Shown here one piece after another: positions 24,949 through 35,306 of a stretch of DNA of 64,000 bases. Positions within the stretch are counted from its first letter, which is position 1, and every line of letters begins with the position of its first letter. Position numbers and translations under genes: made by a program. Where the stretch lies: positions 3,855-67,854 of IMG/VR virus record IMGVR_UViG_3300037102_000029, one strand, 5' to 3'. This stretch comes from a virus. A model generated the notes under the pieces. It ran no database searches and was not told where the DNA came from. It saw only the letters and a list, made by a program, of their open reading frames with translations.

Positions 24949-25437
24949 TCACTCTACCAACGAGTGCTTCCAAGTGCGTTCTCTTACTATTAAAGAAATC
25001 GTAGAGATTGACACTTCGTATTCTTCCGCTATTTCTGTTTGAGTTGCGCCCATATCATAGAAGAACCGGATGTGGTTCACTTCTCTTTGGGTTAGCTTTG
25101 CGGTTCCGCTTTGTTCGGCGGTCGGGCCTTTGGCATTGAAGCGGCCCTTCTTGATGCAATCCTGCATGTTATCTTTTTGTGTTCCCACAAATAGATGATC
25201 CGGATTCACGCAAGCCGGCGTATCGCAGCGATGCAAAACAAACAAGCCGTTCGGAATCTCACCGTTAACTAGCTTATACATAATTCGATGCACCCGTTCC
25301 TCGTGGCCATTCCGGCTCATTTTTCCGTAGCCATGGTCATCCTTAACGCCGTTCCAAAGCCAGCAAGACCCCCTATGGCCGCTTACTTCGATCTGTGAGA
25401 AAAGTCTTGGCTCTAATGGTTGGATCGCTCCCATCAT
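24949..25437 (-). CDS. HNH (His-Me finger) homing endonuclease with C-terminal HTH
   Basis: CWLWNG...GYG...HRIMY...VLHRCDTPACVNPDHLFVGTQKDNMQD, then AKLT...QTEIAEEYEVS. Confidence 0.93.
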   Translation of the reverse strand: MMGAIQPLEPRLFSQIEVSGHRGSCWLWNGVKDDHGYGKMSRNGHEERVHRIMYKLVNGEIPNGLFVLHRCDTPACVNPDHLFVGTQKDNMQDCIKKGRFNAKGPTAEQSGTAKLTQREVNHIRFFYDMGATQTEIAEEYEVSISTISLIVRERTWKHSLVE

Positions 25438-25855
25438 GAATCACCGCCGTCAACGCTTCAAACTTCTTTTGTTCCTGTAGATATACCCTTCTAACAGCGG
25501 GCTTACCCTTCACCCGAACGGTGTAGATATGGCCCATTGCTTCCAGTGAGTTGATCCGATACCGTATGAACTGTTCATTACAGACTATGCCAAGCACATT
25601 TCCCTCTGCTTCAAGATTAACACAGCGGTAGACATCCATCATTGACAGCCCTTCGCTCTGTTTGACACATCGGAGTATCCACTTATCAACAGCATCAAGC
25701 TTGCGCCGGAGACCTTTAAGCACCTGGCCATTAACTATCAGACTGATTGTCTTCTGGGAAACGCCATACTCGCGTCCAAGCGCCGGCTGATTCTTTTCAT
25801 GCTCTCGATACTTCCGCTGTATCTCTTCTCTTTGGAACTTTGTAAGCTTGGCCAT
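25373..25855 (-). CDS. HTH plus winged-helix DNA-binding protein
   Basis: AKLT...NQPALGREYGVSQKTISLIVNG resembles the HTH of the adjacent HNH protein; a second wHTH follows. Confidence 0.65.
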   Translation of the reverse strand: MAKLTKFQREEIQRKYREHEKNQPALGREYGVSQKTISLIVNGQVLKGLRRKLDAVDKWILRCVKQSEGLSMMDVYRCVNLEAEGNVLGIVCNEQFIRYRINSLEAMGHIYTVRVKGKPAVRRVYLQEQKKFEALTAVIHDGSDPTIRAKTFLTDRSKRP

Positions 25856-25882
25856 AGTTGGGTCTATACTTCCTCTGTTACT

Positions 25883-26164
25883 TTACTCCATCGGCAACCG
25901 GATCAGGACTTCCGGGGCTGCATAGTGCGCGTATATCGCGTAGACTATCGGGATTAACCAACTGATCCCCAACGTGAAGACTGTCAGGATTGCAGCTAGG
26001 ACTATCGACACGATAATACCTGCCCCTGATCCCCACGACTTTTTCTTCAGCAACGCTGACCGCTCTCCCGATTCCTTGACCGTGTAGCCCTGAGTCATAA
26101 AGTCGTCGATAACACGGGCCATTTCCTTCTCATCTGCTACTTCTCTTATGCGTGGACTTACCAT
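25883..26164 (-). CDS. Small membrane protein
   Basis: Perfect SD AGGAGGTGA; soluble N-terminus plus hydrophobic hairpin (LTVFTLGISWL). Confidence 0.65.
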   Translation of the reverse strand: MVSPRIREVADEKEMARVIDDFMTQGYTVKESGERSALLKKKSWGSGAGIIVSIVLAAILTVFTLGISWLIPIVYAIYAHYAAPEVLIRLPME

Positions 26165-26457
26165 TCAATTCACCTCCTAACACGTGCATTCGCTTTGTTT
26201 TATCTCTCACCGCTTTTGGCGAAACTCTCCCGAGGAAGAGAAACACCGCTGCTGCAGTGAGGATAACCAGCACAACTACATTCGTCACATATCGCTTCAC
26301 TTTCATTCTTCGCTTCATCTTCATGAGCTCACTCCTATCAATTCCTTCTTTGCTTCAATGGCCTGGATACAACCTTCGACCTCGCAGATCGCACAGTCGC
26401 GACGGGTGTATTTAACGTCTAAGATTAGACAGTTGTCTGTGTCCAGAATCTCTTCGT

Positions 26458-27042
26458 TCATACACGGCGGCCTCCAAGTTTCAAAGTAAACTCTTCATCG
26501 GTTAAATTGCCTTTAGCCAAGTTGCACTTGGAACAAGCTAAAGCGATGTTTTCTATGTCGCTACTACCGCCTTTGGAGACGGGGATTTTGTGCTCTACGT
26601 GAAACTCTGAGTCAAAGCTTTGGTACAACAGCTCGCCACAATATGCACAGAATCCTTCTTGCTGAGCGAATAAGTCATTCAATTCGCGGATGGTGAATGA
26701 ACCGCCGTTTGCTCGTTTACGAGCTCGACGAATCTGCTCATATAAGGCTCGTTTCTGATGGTTTTCTTTGGCCCATCGCCGCACTGCTTCATGCGCTTTT
26801 TCTGGATGTTCCGTACGGTAGTGTCTTGACTTTTCCTGCAACGCCCCTTGGTGAGCCAGATAGTATTTTTGGGCTATCTGTAAAAAAAGTTCGCGATTTT
26901 CCTGATAGCGGCGCCGAGCATATTCACGCCTTTCTTGTCGATGTTCCTGATTATATTGTCGATAGTATGCCAACAAATGCTCTTGGTTTCTCAGACGCCA
27001 CTCTCGCGTATATTCATAAGCCTCTTCGCGCGTCTGGCTCAT
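26458..27042 (-). CDS. HNH endonuclease with helical basic repeats
   Basis: CAYCG...HVEHKIPVSKGGSSDIENIALACSKCNLAKG. Confidence 0.92.
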   Translation of the reverse strand: MSQTREEAYEYTREWRLRNQEHLLAYYRQYNQEHRQERREYARRRYQENRELFLQIAQKYYLAHQGALQEKSRHYRTEHPEKAHEAVRRWAKENHQKRALYEQIRRARKRANGGSFTIRELNDLFAQQEGFCAYCGELLYQSFDSEFHVEHKIPVSKGGSSDIENIALACSKCNLAKGNLTDEEFTLKLGGRRV

Positions 27043-27497
27043 ACATCACCGAAGGCATTAATGACGGCACTGTTAGGTGATGCAGTCATAGCAGCAACTA
27101 TCATATCTACTTCGGCGAGTAGAATCCGCCACTCGCCAGCATTAAACTCGAGCATTCGCTTATTCGTTTGTAGGTCATCGTCAAGCTTTTCAGCCAGCTT
27201 TCGCGCTTCTTGGTAATACGGGTCCTTAGTCACGATCACGCTAACAGCTGCGTCTCGGAGCGTATCATTGGTATTGATCCGCTTCCCACCCTCACCTACT
27301 TCGTTTTTCGCCTGAGTCATTGCTTGCGCTTCGATCCCTGCTATCGTGCCGACTACTATTTCTCGAGCCAGCCGGTCATCCTGGATAGTCTTGCGAATCT
27401 TGTCGTTTGCTTCGTTAAGTTTTCGCAGCTCCTTCAGCACTTCATCACTTCGATTCATAAAATCAACCACACCCCTACCAACAACGTAGCGAGCCAC
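27039..27497 (-). CDS. Coiled-coil hypothetical protein
   Basis: Long helical ORF in operon; start may be the internal Met (MNRSDE). Confidence 0.55.
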   Translation of the reverse strand: MARYVVGRGVVDFMNRSDEVLKELRKLNEANDKIRKTIQDDRLAREIVVGTIAGIEAQAMTQAKNEVGEGGKRINTNDTLRDAAVSVIVTKDPYYQEARKLAEKLDDDLQTNKRMLEFNAGEWRILLAEVDMIVAAMTASPNSAVINAFGDV

Positions 27498-27640
27498 GCG
27501 ATACTCACGCAGACCACCGCGAATTTCATATCCTTTATGTCAGTTATGTAGCCATCCTTGTCTACGCTAGTGAACATGCCGATCCACGACGTCACGGCTG
27601 CAAGTCCAGCTAGCACAGCTACCAATTCCACACCATCCAT
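27455..27640 (-). CDS. Small two-TM membrane protein
   Basis: SD GGAGGTGA; TATA-like TTTATA about 45 nt upstream. Confidence 0.6.
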   Translation of the reverse strand: MDGVELVAVLAGLAAVTSWIGMFTSVDKDGYITDIKDMKFAVVCVSIAWLATLLVGVWLIL

Positions 27641-27699
27641 ATTTCACCTCCATTGTTCGTTACTTATCCTTCCTTTTAATACTATAAAGCATTGGTCAT

Positions 27700-27990
27700 T
27701 TACGTGAGCGGTCTGATCGTTACCTCAACGTGCCGTTTGCCTCTTGTATTGCGGCCTCGGATCAAGGTTATGCCCAGGTCTAGCTCAATAGCCCGAAGCG
27801 CCCTGCTGAAATCACGGATTGTTACACCGTCAATCAGCGCCCAAGCAGCGTCGTATCGCTTCACCCATCCTCTATAAGAACTAAAGACTGCCTGCATCGT
27901 AGACGGCGTTTCATTAGTGGGTATTATCGCGCACTGATACCTGATGTAATAAGCAAGGGAGTTGACCAACTGTTCACCCGTCGCTATCAT
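27700..27990 (-). CDS. Hypothetical protein (primase C-terminal wHTH-like)
   Basis: VFSSYRGW...FSRAL resembles D5/P4 C-terminal winged helix; GGTGA SD. Confidence 0.4.
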   Translation of the reverse strand: MIATGEQLVNSLAYYIRYQCAIIPTNETPSTMQAVFSSYRGWVKRYDAAWALIDGVTIRDFSRALRAIELDLGITLIRGRNTRGKRHVEVTIRPLT

Positions 27991-28199
27991 TTTTCACCTA
28001 ACAACGCTTCTCGCAATACTACCTCAACTGCAGTCGAGAACGGCAACATTTTGTCGGTAGCGATCTTTCTAATCGGCTCACTCAGCTCCGGTTCAAGCCA
28101 CATATTTACGTTAATGCAACCCGCATCGCGCTTGCTTTGTTTCCACTGGCGTCTTGCCTTGGTATTCGATACATTGCTATACTTATTCGTGGCTTGCAT
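27987..28199 (-). CDS. Ribbon-helix-helix DNA-binding protein
   Basis: INVNMWLEPELSEPIRKIA...FSTAVEVVLREAL beta-alpha-alpha pattern. Confidence 0.65.
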   Translation of the reverse strand: MQATNKYSNVSNTKARRQWKQSKRDAGCINVNMWLEPELSEPIRKIATDKMLPFSTAVEVVLREALLGEK

Positions 28200-29106
28200 T
28201 CTTTTCTTCCTCGTCTTCTAGTTCCGCTGCGGCAAGCAGTTCCGCGTCGTGCTGCTTATAACCATACATGATATAGCGGTCGGTCTTTGCCGCTAAGTCC
28301 CTAGCTCTGAGTCGATCAACCTTTTTTTCTGTAGACATGATCCCCCAACCAATCAACGATATCGGCTATCAAAAACAAGTAGACAAAGACCGGCGTTAGC
28401 AGGATCGCACATACAAACTGGCAGCCGCATTGGAACCTCGTCTCGCCTCTTGGTGCTGCCGGCATGCAATGTTCACATTCGGCACTCCCTCGCATGCTGC
28501 AGCCCTGGCACGCTCTAACCATTTCAGTTTCAATCATTAGATCACCTTTACCTCCATCAGACAAAAGAAAACAATTAGCAGCACCAGCGCCGCGATCGCA
28601 AGCCATCCTACCCACACCGGCGTAGGATGTTCTATTCGCTCCTCGGGAACGCCGGTCCCGATCCGATCCACAATCCAATCGTAGTCTTTGTCAGTCATTC
28701 GTCACCCCCTACGAACTCAGCTAGACACTCTGGATGCACCTCATACTCTTTGCCATCAAGAATCCCACAGTAGTATGGTTCGCGCATTTTTATCTTCTTG
28801 CCGCATTGACTACAGATCATTTCTTTTTCCCGAGAAACAGCCAATCCGCAAGGAGTTTCATCTGTTTTCGTTCTTCGTCTGTGATGTTCGCGAAGTTAAC
28901 GATGTATGTCGTTACCTCGCCGTCAGGGGACGTATCCTCTTTCATACTGATTATCATTTAGTCCTCGGGCCAGCCGTGTTTGTCGTAGTATTGTATCAGA
29001 TACGCCCCGGATTTAATGACGGCTGCTGCTTTTTCTTGCGTGTCCTGATCGCCGTTCTCGCCCACGTGTTTTACATCTTCCAGAAAATCCACAAGCTCCA
29101 TTCTGT

Positions 29107-29775
29107 TCATTCAAGTATCACGCTCACTAACTGGCTTAACAATTCAGGCTGCGCTTCTTTAGTGGTCCCCATAAAGTTGACCTTGCCGCCTGGATATTTC
29201 TCTCTCTGCGCTGGATCGTCTGCTATACAGAAAAGGCGCTTGAGATATTCCGCGTTGAACTTCATCGGCGTTCCGGAGCTTTCATAGTCATTTTTTTCTC
29301 CGGCAAAAACATTTTTGAACTTGCGAATGTTCCGCTTAAACTCTGGCGTCTTCTTTATCATAAAGAAATGGATCACTCGTTGTTCGCCGTTCGTGAGCCC
29401 TACAAATATCTTGAAGGCTGCCATTTGCTTATACAGCGCACGACCTAACAACCCTCGCCACATAGGAGCATCATCAATCGGCGCCATTAGTAGTACCCAT
29501 CCCTCCTTATGCAACTCCATCACGCGATCTTTAAGCATCTGTTCTCCAAGTTCTTTTTGATACGGTTCCATCGCCATTATCGCTTCAAAATCCTTTTGCG
29601 TGGCATCGTCTATGACTACTACGCGACCGCCAAACTGCTTATTCAGATACTCAACGTCCTCGGGGAAATAATTCTGTTCGTGAAATATCCCCGCTTCCAT
29701 TTCAGTTTCAGTTTCACTCATTCTTCCACCTCCAACACGATAATTACACCATTCGCCTTGCGTTGAACCTGCCAA
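29107..29775 (-). CDS. Hypothetical protein
   Basis: Globular-looking ORF; probable start at MSETETE after GGAGGTG. Confidence 0.6.
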   Translation of the reverse strand: MAGSTQGEWCNYRVGGGRMSETETEMEAGIFHEQNYFPEDVEYLNKQFGGRVVVIDDATQKDFEAIMAMEPYQKELGEQMLKDRVMELHKEGWVLLMAPIDDAPMWRGLLGRALYKQMAAFKIFVGLTNGEQRVIHFFMIKKTPEFKRNIRKFKNVFAGEKNDYESSGTPMKFNAEYLKRLFCIADDPAQREKYPGGKVNFMGTTKEAQPELLSQLVSVILE

Positions 29776-30103
29776 TCAATCCTAAGTTCAGGATCATACG
29801 CAAGTGACTCAGCATCGCCCGCTTGCATTGCGAGGATTCTGCAGATTTGCTCGGAGCTTAGCTTTAAAGCGTAAGACTTCTGCATTAGATCACCAAGAAA
29901 ACCCATATCAGCCACGCCCAACCCTGGCCGAGCAACCAGCCAACTAAAGGCCATGGAACCAACTGAGGATAAACCATGTCAATACCGCCCTTTCATTGCT
30001 TCGATTATCTCGTCAAACGCATCCCAATCAGCGACAGTCACGGTGATCGTTGGCATTTCCTACATACATATTGAACGATCTGACGGTCCCGATAATCTTC
30101 CCG

Positions 30104-30517
30104 TTACGTTCGACAGTTACACCCGCCGGAACATCCATCTCCATCTTTGGCCTCCTTGATATCAAACGTAGTTATTACATACAGTAGTTTATCGTCACGG
30201 TCGCGCACCTCGAGCTGAACATCGTTTTCCAGAAGCTCAAGTTTCATCTGATCTGGCACGCTCAGCTCGAAGATCAGCTTTGCTACCTTTGAGGTGATCT
30301 GAGCAGTATGCAACTCATCGCGCACAATCTCTCGGATCACCTTTTCCGCATCCCACGCGCGCTGTGCCAGCTCGCGCTTCATCGACCGCGCCGGCCCGCT
30401 ATGCTCACTGATGTACGCTATGATCTCCGCGAGTGGTCGCGTAAAAACTGGCTCACTCCTCGCTGCCAGATTAAGAATCATCTCTCTGACCTGTTCCAAA
30501 ATCTCCGTATCGTTCAT
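30104..30517 (-). CDS. Hypothetical protein
   Basis: 137-aa ORF, GGGAGG SD, coupled to the upstream wHTH gene. Confidence 0.55.
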   Translation of the reverse strand: MNDTEILEQVREMILNLAARSEPVFTRPLAEIIAYISEHSGPARSMKRELAQRAWDAEKVIREIVRDELHTAQITSKVAKLIFELSVPDQMKLELLENDVQLEVRDRDDKLLYVITTFDIKEAKDGDGCSGGCNCRT

Positions 30518-30714
30518 AAACTCCTCCCTCGTTCGTTTAAACTAAACCGATGGCCCTTGCCGTATTTCGTCGTGATAATAACACCCCGCATCTTGAGACC
30601 ATGCATAAACTTGTAGATTGAGCTTGTGTTGTAGCCTAACTCCGTCGCGATCTCAGGAACCGTCACAGGTTCCGTCTTTGTCCGCAGCAAATCCCACACC
30701 TCGACCTGGCTCAT
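30514..30714 (-). CDS. Winged-helix DNA-binding protein
   Basis: VTVPEIATELGYNTSSIYKFMHGLKMRGVI; similar N-terminus (MxQxxV) to 20742-21023. Confidence 0.8.
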   Translation of the reverse strand: MSQVEVWDLLRTKTEPVTVPEIATELGYNTSSIYKFMHGLKMRGVIITTKYGKGHRFSLNERGRSL

Positions 30715-31508
30715 TCTTCTAGCCCCAACTCTTTAGCCATTAGCCCGAGCATCAGTCGCGCCATCCTCCACGAGGCTGCGTCCTTGATCTTGAAGGGAGA
30801 TTTACAATACTTGGGGAACAGCACGCAGCCAACAGTATGCGCGTCTGGAAAGGGCATATACTCCCGCCTTCGTTCTGCGACGCTCTCGGTTATGCTGAAA
30901 TCAGGCGCCACTGGAATGAACTGGCTTGGCCCCTCCTTCGCCTGCACTTCAATCGTCGGCACTTCGTCCGGATAACTTGGGGGACTGTTCTTCTTTGCCT
31001 TATAATGTCGCTGCCTCAGATCCGGATACTTTCGGATCACAGCCGAGTTTATCTGTGCCGGAAAAAGCTTGCCCTCGAATTTGATATTAACTAGCTCGGC
31101 CACTTCCTGCCATTGCTTGCCTTGACGTCGTAGGTCAGCCGAAAAATCAAGTATCTCGTCACTAATCACCCATTTATCTTTCTTAACTCCTGCCATATTC
31201 TTCACCTCCTTACTAATCGTCACTTTCACATGATCGCCTGGTTCACAATCATCTTCTATTTCAATTTCAATCATCGGATCGTATGTTTTAGAAACCCAAA
31301 ATTGACAATACTTAATCTTCTTTTCTATAGATGCAGTGATGTGCTTATGGGCACATTCGCTCGGATCGTTCAGGCAGCTTTCACACGTTGGGGCTGCGGT
31401 TGCTTCCCAAACTCGTTCGGTGCTGATGTTGCAGAATGAATGGAATCTCTTCAGCATGAACTGTGAACAACTAGGACATTGGTATATCTTGCTCAAAATC
31501 GCCTCCAT
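30711..31508 (-). CDS. Hypothetical protein; Cys-rich N-terminus with strong internal start at 31196
   Basis: CPSC/CESC motifs; in-frame internal SD AAGGAGGTGA plus ATG (MAGVKKDKW). Confidence 0.5.
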   Translation of the reverse strand: MEAILSKIYQCPSCSQFMLKRFHSFCNISTERVWEATAAPTCESCLNDPSECAHKHITASIEKKIKYCQFWVSKTYDPMIEIEIEDDCEPGDHVKVTISKEVKNMAGVKKDKWVISDEILDFSADLRRQGKQWQEVAELVNIKFEGKLFPAQINSAVIRKYPDLRQRHYKAKKNSPPSYPDEVPTIEVQAKEGPSQFIPVAPDFSITESVAERRREYMPFPDAHTVGCVLFPKYCKSPFKIKDAASWRMARLMLGLMAKELGLEE

Positions 31509-31822
31509 ATTGGACGATTTTTTATTTTCTCACGCCAGACTTTCGCGTCTTCAACTACGTCTGGATTCCAGCTTTTAAAGTCCATTAAATGCCCAAGGAA
31601 CAAATGGTGATTCGCCGGCTTCGTGCAGAGCGTAATTAGATTGCTCGGATCAAGTGTCAGCTCCTTATACCATTGCGTTGGTCGGATGTGATGGGCCTCG
31701 AGGTTCCTTCGTGTATCGCACGCAGCACATCGGTTATGTTCTTTCAGGTGTTTGCGCCTCAGCTTCTCCCACTTCGGATTCGGAACGGCTATTGACGCAA
31801 GGAGAAGCTCATCCGCTTTCAC
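31493..31822 (-). CDS. Small HNH endonuclease
   Basis: WEKLRRKHL...CAAC...LEAHHIRP...LDPSNLITLC...HH. Confidence 0.88.
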   Translation of the reverse strand: MKADELLLASIAVPNPKWEKLRRKHLKEHNRCAACDTRRNLEAHHIRPTQWYKELTLDPSNLITLCTKPANHHLFLGHLMDFKSWNPDVVEDAKVWREKIKNRPIWRRF

Positions 31823-32084
31823 TCGTCATCTCCTTCCTCCCACGGCCTCGCTTTGCCATCGTGAATTGCTTCCATAATGTTGACAGGATAACAACAGCGG
31901 CTCAAAATATCAGTGTAGTCGCAATCGAAGCACCCCTCTACGACCTCACGATTCAACGGACACCGAACCTCGTCAGCGAAGTGGTGCGAAATCCCTATCT
32001 TGCTATCGTGAATCTCATGCACTCGTCGCGAGACGTAGCACTCTTTTTGACATTCGATTATCTCTTGGCTATCTCTAAACTCGC

Positions 32085-32486
32085 TCATGGTTTCCACCCA
32101 TACCAATTCTCTGCCTCTTCCTGATACAAAATCCCTCTTTTAATCTGTCCGGCAATCTCTCGGTAAGCTTCGGCTTCCCATCCGCGCACTCGCATATGTG
32201 CGGGATTGACACAGTTCGGCTTTCCGCAGATCATTCTAATTTGTTTTGACGGTAAGAACTCATACTCCATGAGATAAAGCAACCGCTTAACCAAAACTAG
32301 ACGCGGTTTCCCGTCTTCCGTTTCTCCTGGGGCAAGTCGAATGAACCTGTTGGTGTTAATCGGTTCCCGCAGCATCCAGTCATTCGGTGTGTAGCATCCG
32401 ACGGTTCTACTTTTCACTTTGCGAAGAATCCCTTTCCGATGCTCAGGTGATAATGCTGTCTCGGATAGCTCAAATAGCTTAGTCAT
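32085..32486 (-). CDS. Degenerate His-Me-finger (HNH-like) protein
   Basis: ICGKPNCVNPAHM echoes HRCDTPACVNPDHL but the catalytic His is missing (RMICG). Confidence 0.5.
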   Translation of the reverse strand: MTKLFELSETALSPEHRKGILRKVKSRTVGCYTPNDWMLREPINTNRFIRLAPGETEDGKPRLVLVKRLLYLMEYEFLPSKQIRMICGKPNCVNPAHMRVRGWEAEAYREIAGQIKRGILYQEEAENWYGWKP

Positions 32487-32504
32487 CAAAGGATAGAAGG
32501 CGCG

Positions 32505-32525
32505 AGAATATTTAAAAGTATCGAA
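32505..32525 (-). promoter_or_regulatory. Archaeal TATA box for a leaderless transcript
   Basis: Minus-strand TTTAAATA at 32516-32509, 23-30 nt upstream of ATG 32486, in an AT-rich 350-bp gap; no SD. Confidence 0.6.
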
Positions 32526-32843
32526 ATTATTGCTAATATATAATCCAGTCTAGATGAAGTGCCGAGGTAGGAGGAAGCATACTTCCGTCGATACCTTTAC
32601 GTTAATGAGAGACAATGTAGGCAGGAGAACTATTTTTTAAAATTAAGTTATAATATCATCCTAGCCGAGCATCCGCACAAATGCACCAAATATATTAGCG
32701 AAACTTCTAACACTTTTAAAACTTTTACAAGTTGAACCTTACACTCACAAAGAAGAACTGCCAAAGATCAAGAACTTAAAGAGTTGCGTTCAATGCTCGA
32801 GGAGCTCATGCTACCTTTTCCTGCTTCGTTCGCATAGAGACGC

Positions 32844-33527
32844 CTACGTTGACCCTACGAGATGTCTAAGTTCTGTGAAGGAGCGCAAGAGCCGGTCTAT
32901 GATTTCGTCTTGTTTTGCCGAGAAGGCGGTAACTATTTCGGGGATTTTCAGCGAAAACGAGAGATAGTTATTCCGCGTAGCAGCCACGCCTTGCTCTCCA
33001 AGTTGACCATGCCAGAAGAAACGATCCCCCGGCATCACATCGAACCCGAAAGCCGCACCTTTGAATCGGTGATCTGTCGGTTCCAGGTCCGGATCATCCT
33101 TCGGATCGCCATACACAAGGACCTTACGAGTCTCGATGTAGCTCGTCCACTCTTCAACTTTTAGAACACCAACGCCTTTGACCTTTACACTCATCCCTGC
33201 GTCTGCATCCTTCGCAATCATGTTGGCAATATCATTTACCAGCCAGACAAGGTGACGATCAAGGCGCACCCTTTCGTTGACCTTGCGATCATAGAACGCC
33301 ATCTTTTCTGCATCCATCACGCCAGTTGTCTCAAGAATAGCCTGCACTTCTTTAAGGTTGCCCGCTTTGCAGGCCGCCGCTAAAGCAAAGCAGTCATTCT
33401 CACACAGCGTAACGTTTCCTTCCCGCCTCTGGCGCCTGTAGATACTTAGGTAAGCATTGAGGTGCTTCTTATTCCGGCGCTGCCATCTCTTGAGGACTTC
33501 CGGATTCTTTGACGGCATGTATTCCAC
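32844..33527 (-). CDS. Hypothetical protein
   Basis: 227-aa ORF, basic N-terminus. Confidence 0.6.
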   Translation of the reverse strand: MEYMPSKNPEVLKRWQRRNKKHLNAYLSIYRRQRREGNVTLCENDCFALAAACKAGNLKEVQAILETTGVMDAEKMAFYDRKVNERVRLDRHLVWLVNDIANMIAKDADAGMSVKVKGVGVLKVEEWTSYIETRKVLVYGDPKDDPDLEPTDHRFKGAAFGFDVMPGDRFFWHGQLGEQGVAATRNNYLSFSLKIPEIVTAFSAKQDEIIDRLLRSFTELRHLVGST

Positions 33528-33954
33528 GCTCCTCGTCGGTCTTTAGGATTTTCCATAAAGCCTCATCGTTTTTGCACTTAGGGCATCTTAGATAAGCCCA
33601 CTGGCGATATTTAAAACCATCCAACACGTAGCCAGCCTTTGAATCACCGTAGTCGTAGGTTTCAAGGTCGCACCCTTCGTACAGCATCCCACAGAAACAA
33701 CGATCCCGCTTGAGATGCAACATCACATACTCCCGCAGCTCAAGCAAAGCCACGGCAGCTTTCTTCGGATCGACGATCGTTCGCGGTAAGGATTCTTGCC
33801 GTTCCTGTTCTTGATCTGCCTGAATCTTAGCCCAACAGATAGGGCCAAAACCTCGGATCACACTCTCTGGAACCTTCAGCGCTCGGTGACAACGGCCACA
33901 AATCCCCTGCATCATCGGCTGTCCATCGAGTGCAACTTGTCTAATCGGTATCAT
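33469..33954 (-). CDS. DUF6011-like Zn-finger protein
   Basis: CGRCHRALKVPESVIRGFGPICW signature; second Cys cluster CFCG...CPKC. Confidence 0.8.
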   Translation of the reverse strand: MIPIRQVALDGQPMMQGICGRCHRALKVPESVIRGFGPICWAKIQADQEQERQESLPRTIVDPKKAAVALLELREYVMLHLKRDRCFCGMLYEGCDLETYDYGDSKAGYVLDGFKYRQWAYLRCPKCKNDEALWKILKTDEERGIHAVKESGSPQEMAAPE

Positions 33955-34187
33955 TCATTCGCTCCCGCAACGTCTTCATTTTTCGACCTCCGTTTCATTT
34001 CGGCGGCTTCCCACGTTTGCATCGCCAGCACCTCAGCAAAGTCATACGCTTCAGGTGTAAAATGATCTGGCCACCCCAAGATATGGAACAATGTGCGCCA
34101 CGCATCGGCAGGTGCGCCTATGTATTCATAGTCGCGTTCAAGTCGAGCCAGTTGGCCCAATGTAAAGCCTTTCATTTTTCCTCCCAT
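33951..34187 (-). CDS. Hypothetical protein
   Basis: 78-aa ORF coupled by ATGA overlap. Confidence 0.45.
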   Translation of the reverse strand: MGGKMKGFTLGQLARLERDYEYIGAPADAWRTLFHILGWPDHFTPEAYDFAEVLAMQTWEAAEMKRRSKNEDVAGANE

Positions 34188-34581
34188 TCATCGCGCCGTT
34201 CTTTAAGCCGTTCTTGTATGTCTATCCGTCCGTTTTTCACCGGAGGCTTCAGAGCATTCAACAGCTCAGACAGTTTAGGAAACATAATCATGATCCCCTC
34301 TTGTGTTTCTCATACCAACCGTCACCATAAGCGCCGTCATAAATCTCCTTTGGACTCTTTGCTTCGCAGCGATGGTTGCACGTTCCGTCGCAGCACTCGC
34401 TATAGAAAACCCAATGATGCAGTTTAGTACACCACGTATCGCCGTCCGGAGCGGGAAGACTGTTCATCGTCGCCTCCTTGCCATTCGCTCAGCTAGAATC
34501 AAACTCCATCTCGCCTTACGATTAGGAACGGCGCGGTATCTAGCTACCGATTTCGCCGCTCTTTTTAGAAAACTCATACGT

Positions 34582-35157
34582 TCACCCCGTTACTGTGTGC
34601 GTAACCTTGTGGCTGACTGTTCCTTTTGCGGTCGTCGTGTCAGTTGTCGTTGTCTTCGTCGTCACGCCGCCAGACTTCACGCTATCAGTGTGCGTTTGCG
34701 TAACGGTGCCTTTGGCGGTCACGCTTGTTCGATCTGAACTCGTTGTTGTAGTCTTGCTCGCCGCTGGCGTAGAAGTTGAAGTTGAAGTTGAAGTTGAAGA
34801 CGCAGCCGGAGTCGTCGTTGTTGCTGCGGCCGTTGCTGGCGTTGTAGTCGTATCTGACTGGTTTCCTTGTGGCCCATAAATAGGTGCGCTAGCCTCAAAT
34901 GCGGCAGCACTATCAGGTGCTACCGTCGCGTTCGTCACATTCTTTATGTTCGGTGTGTTTAGGTTCGGCGGCACGACAGAAGCAGGCGCAGCACCGGCAA
35001 CATACACCATCGTAGTCGCAGGCGTTCCGTCAGGAATCTGAGCTTGTGAACTCGCAATCAAATTGCCTAGGATCACAGCGCACGCAAGCAAAGAAAGAAG
35101 CGCAAGCAGCGTGAGCTTGCGCCTATCTCGCGGAGTAAGTTCTATCTGAACTTTCAT
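34582..35157 (-). CDS. Membrane-anchored/secreted Thr-rich protein
   Basis: RRKLTLLALLSLLACAVILG signal/TM segment; Thr/Ala/Ser low-complexity stalk; GAAGTT microsatellite at about 34772-34799; GAGGTG SD. Confidence 0.7.
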   Translation of the reverse strand: MKVQIELTPRDRRKLTLLALLSLLACAVILGNLIASSQAQIPDGTPATTMVYVAGAAPASVVPPNLNTPNIKNVTNATVAPDSAAAFEASAPIYGPQGNQSDTTTTPATAAATTTTPAASSTSTSTSTSTPAASKTTTTSSDRTSVTAKGTVTQTHTDSVKSGGVTTKTTTTDTTTAKGTVSHKVTHTVTG

Positions 35158-35306
35158 TATCGAAGCACCTCGCGGAACTCACCAATACAAACAAGCAGCT
35201 CTTTGCCGCCCTCAGTCTCTTTAACCTTAGCCATATCGCAGCTTTCGCACAAGTCTTCAAGCTCGTAGAACTCAATATTGTCTCGCTTACAAAGATATGT
35301 TGTCAT

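Noticed and set aside
28688-29287. 199-aa plus-strand ORF in the early region
   Set aside because: Antisense to a tightly packed minus-strand gene array; composition not protein-like.
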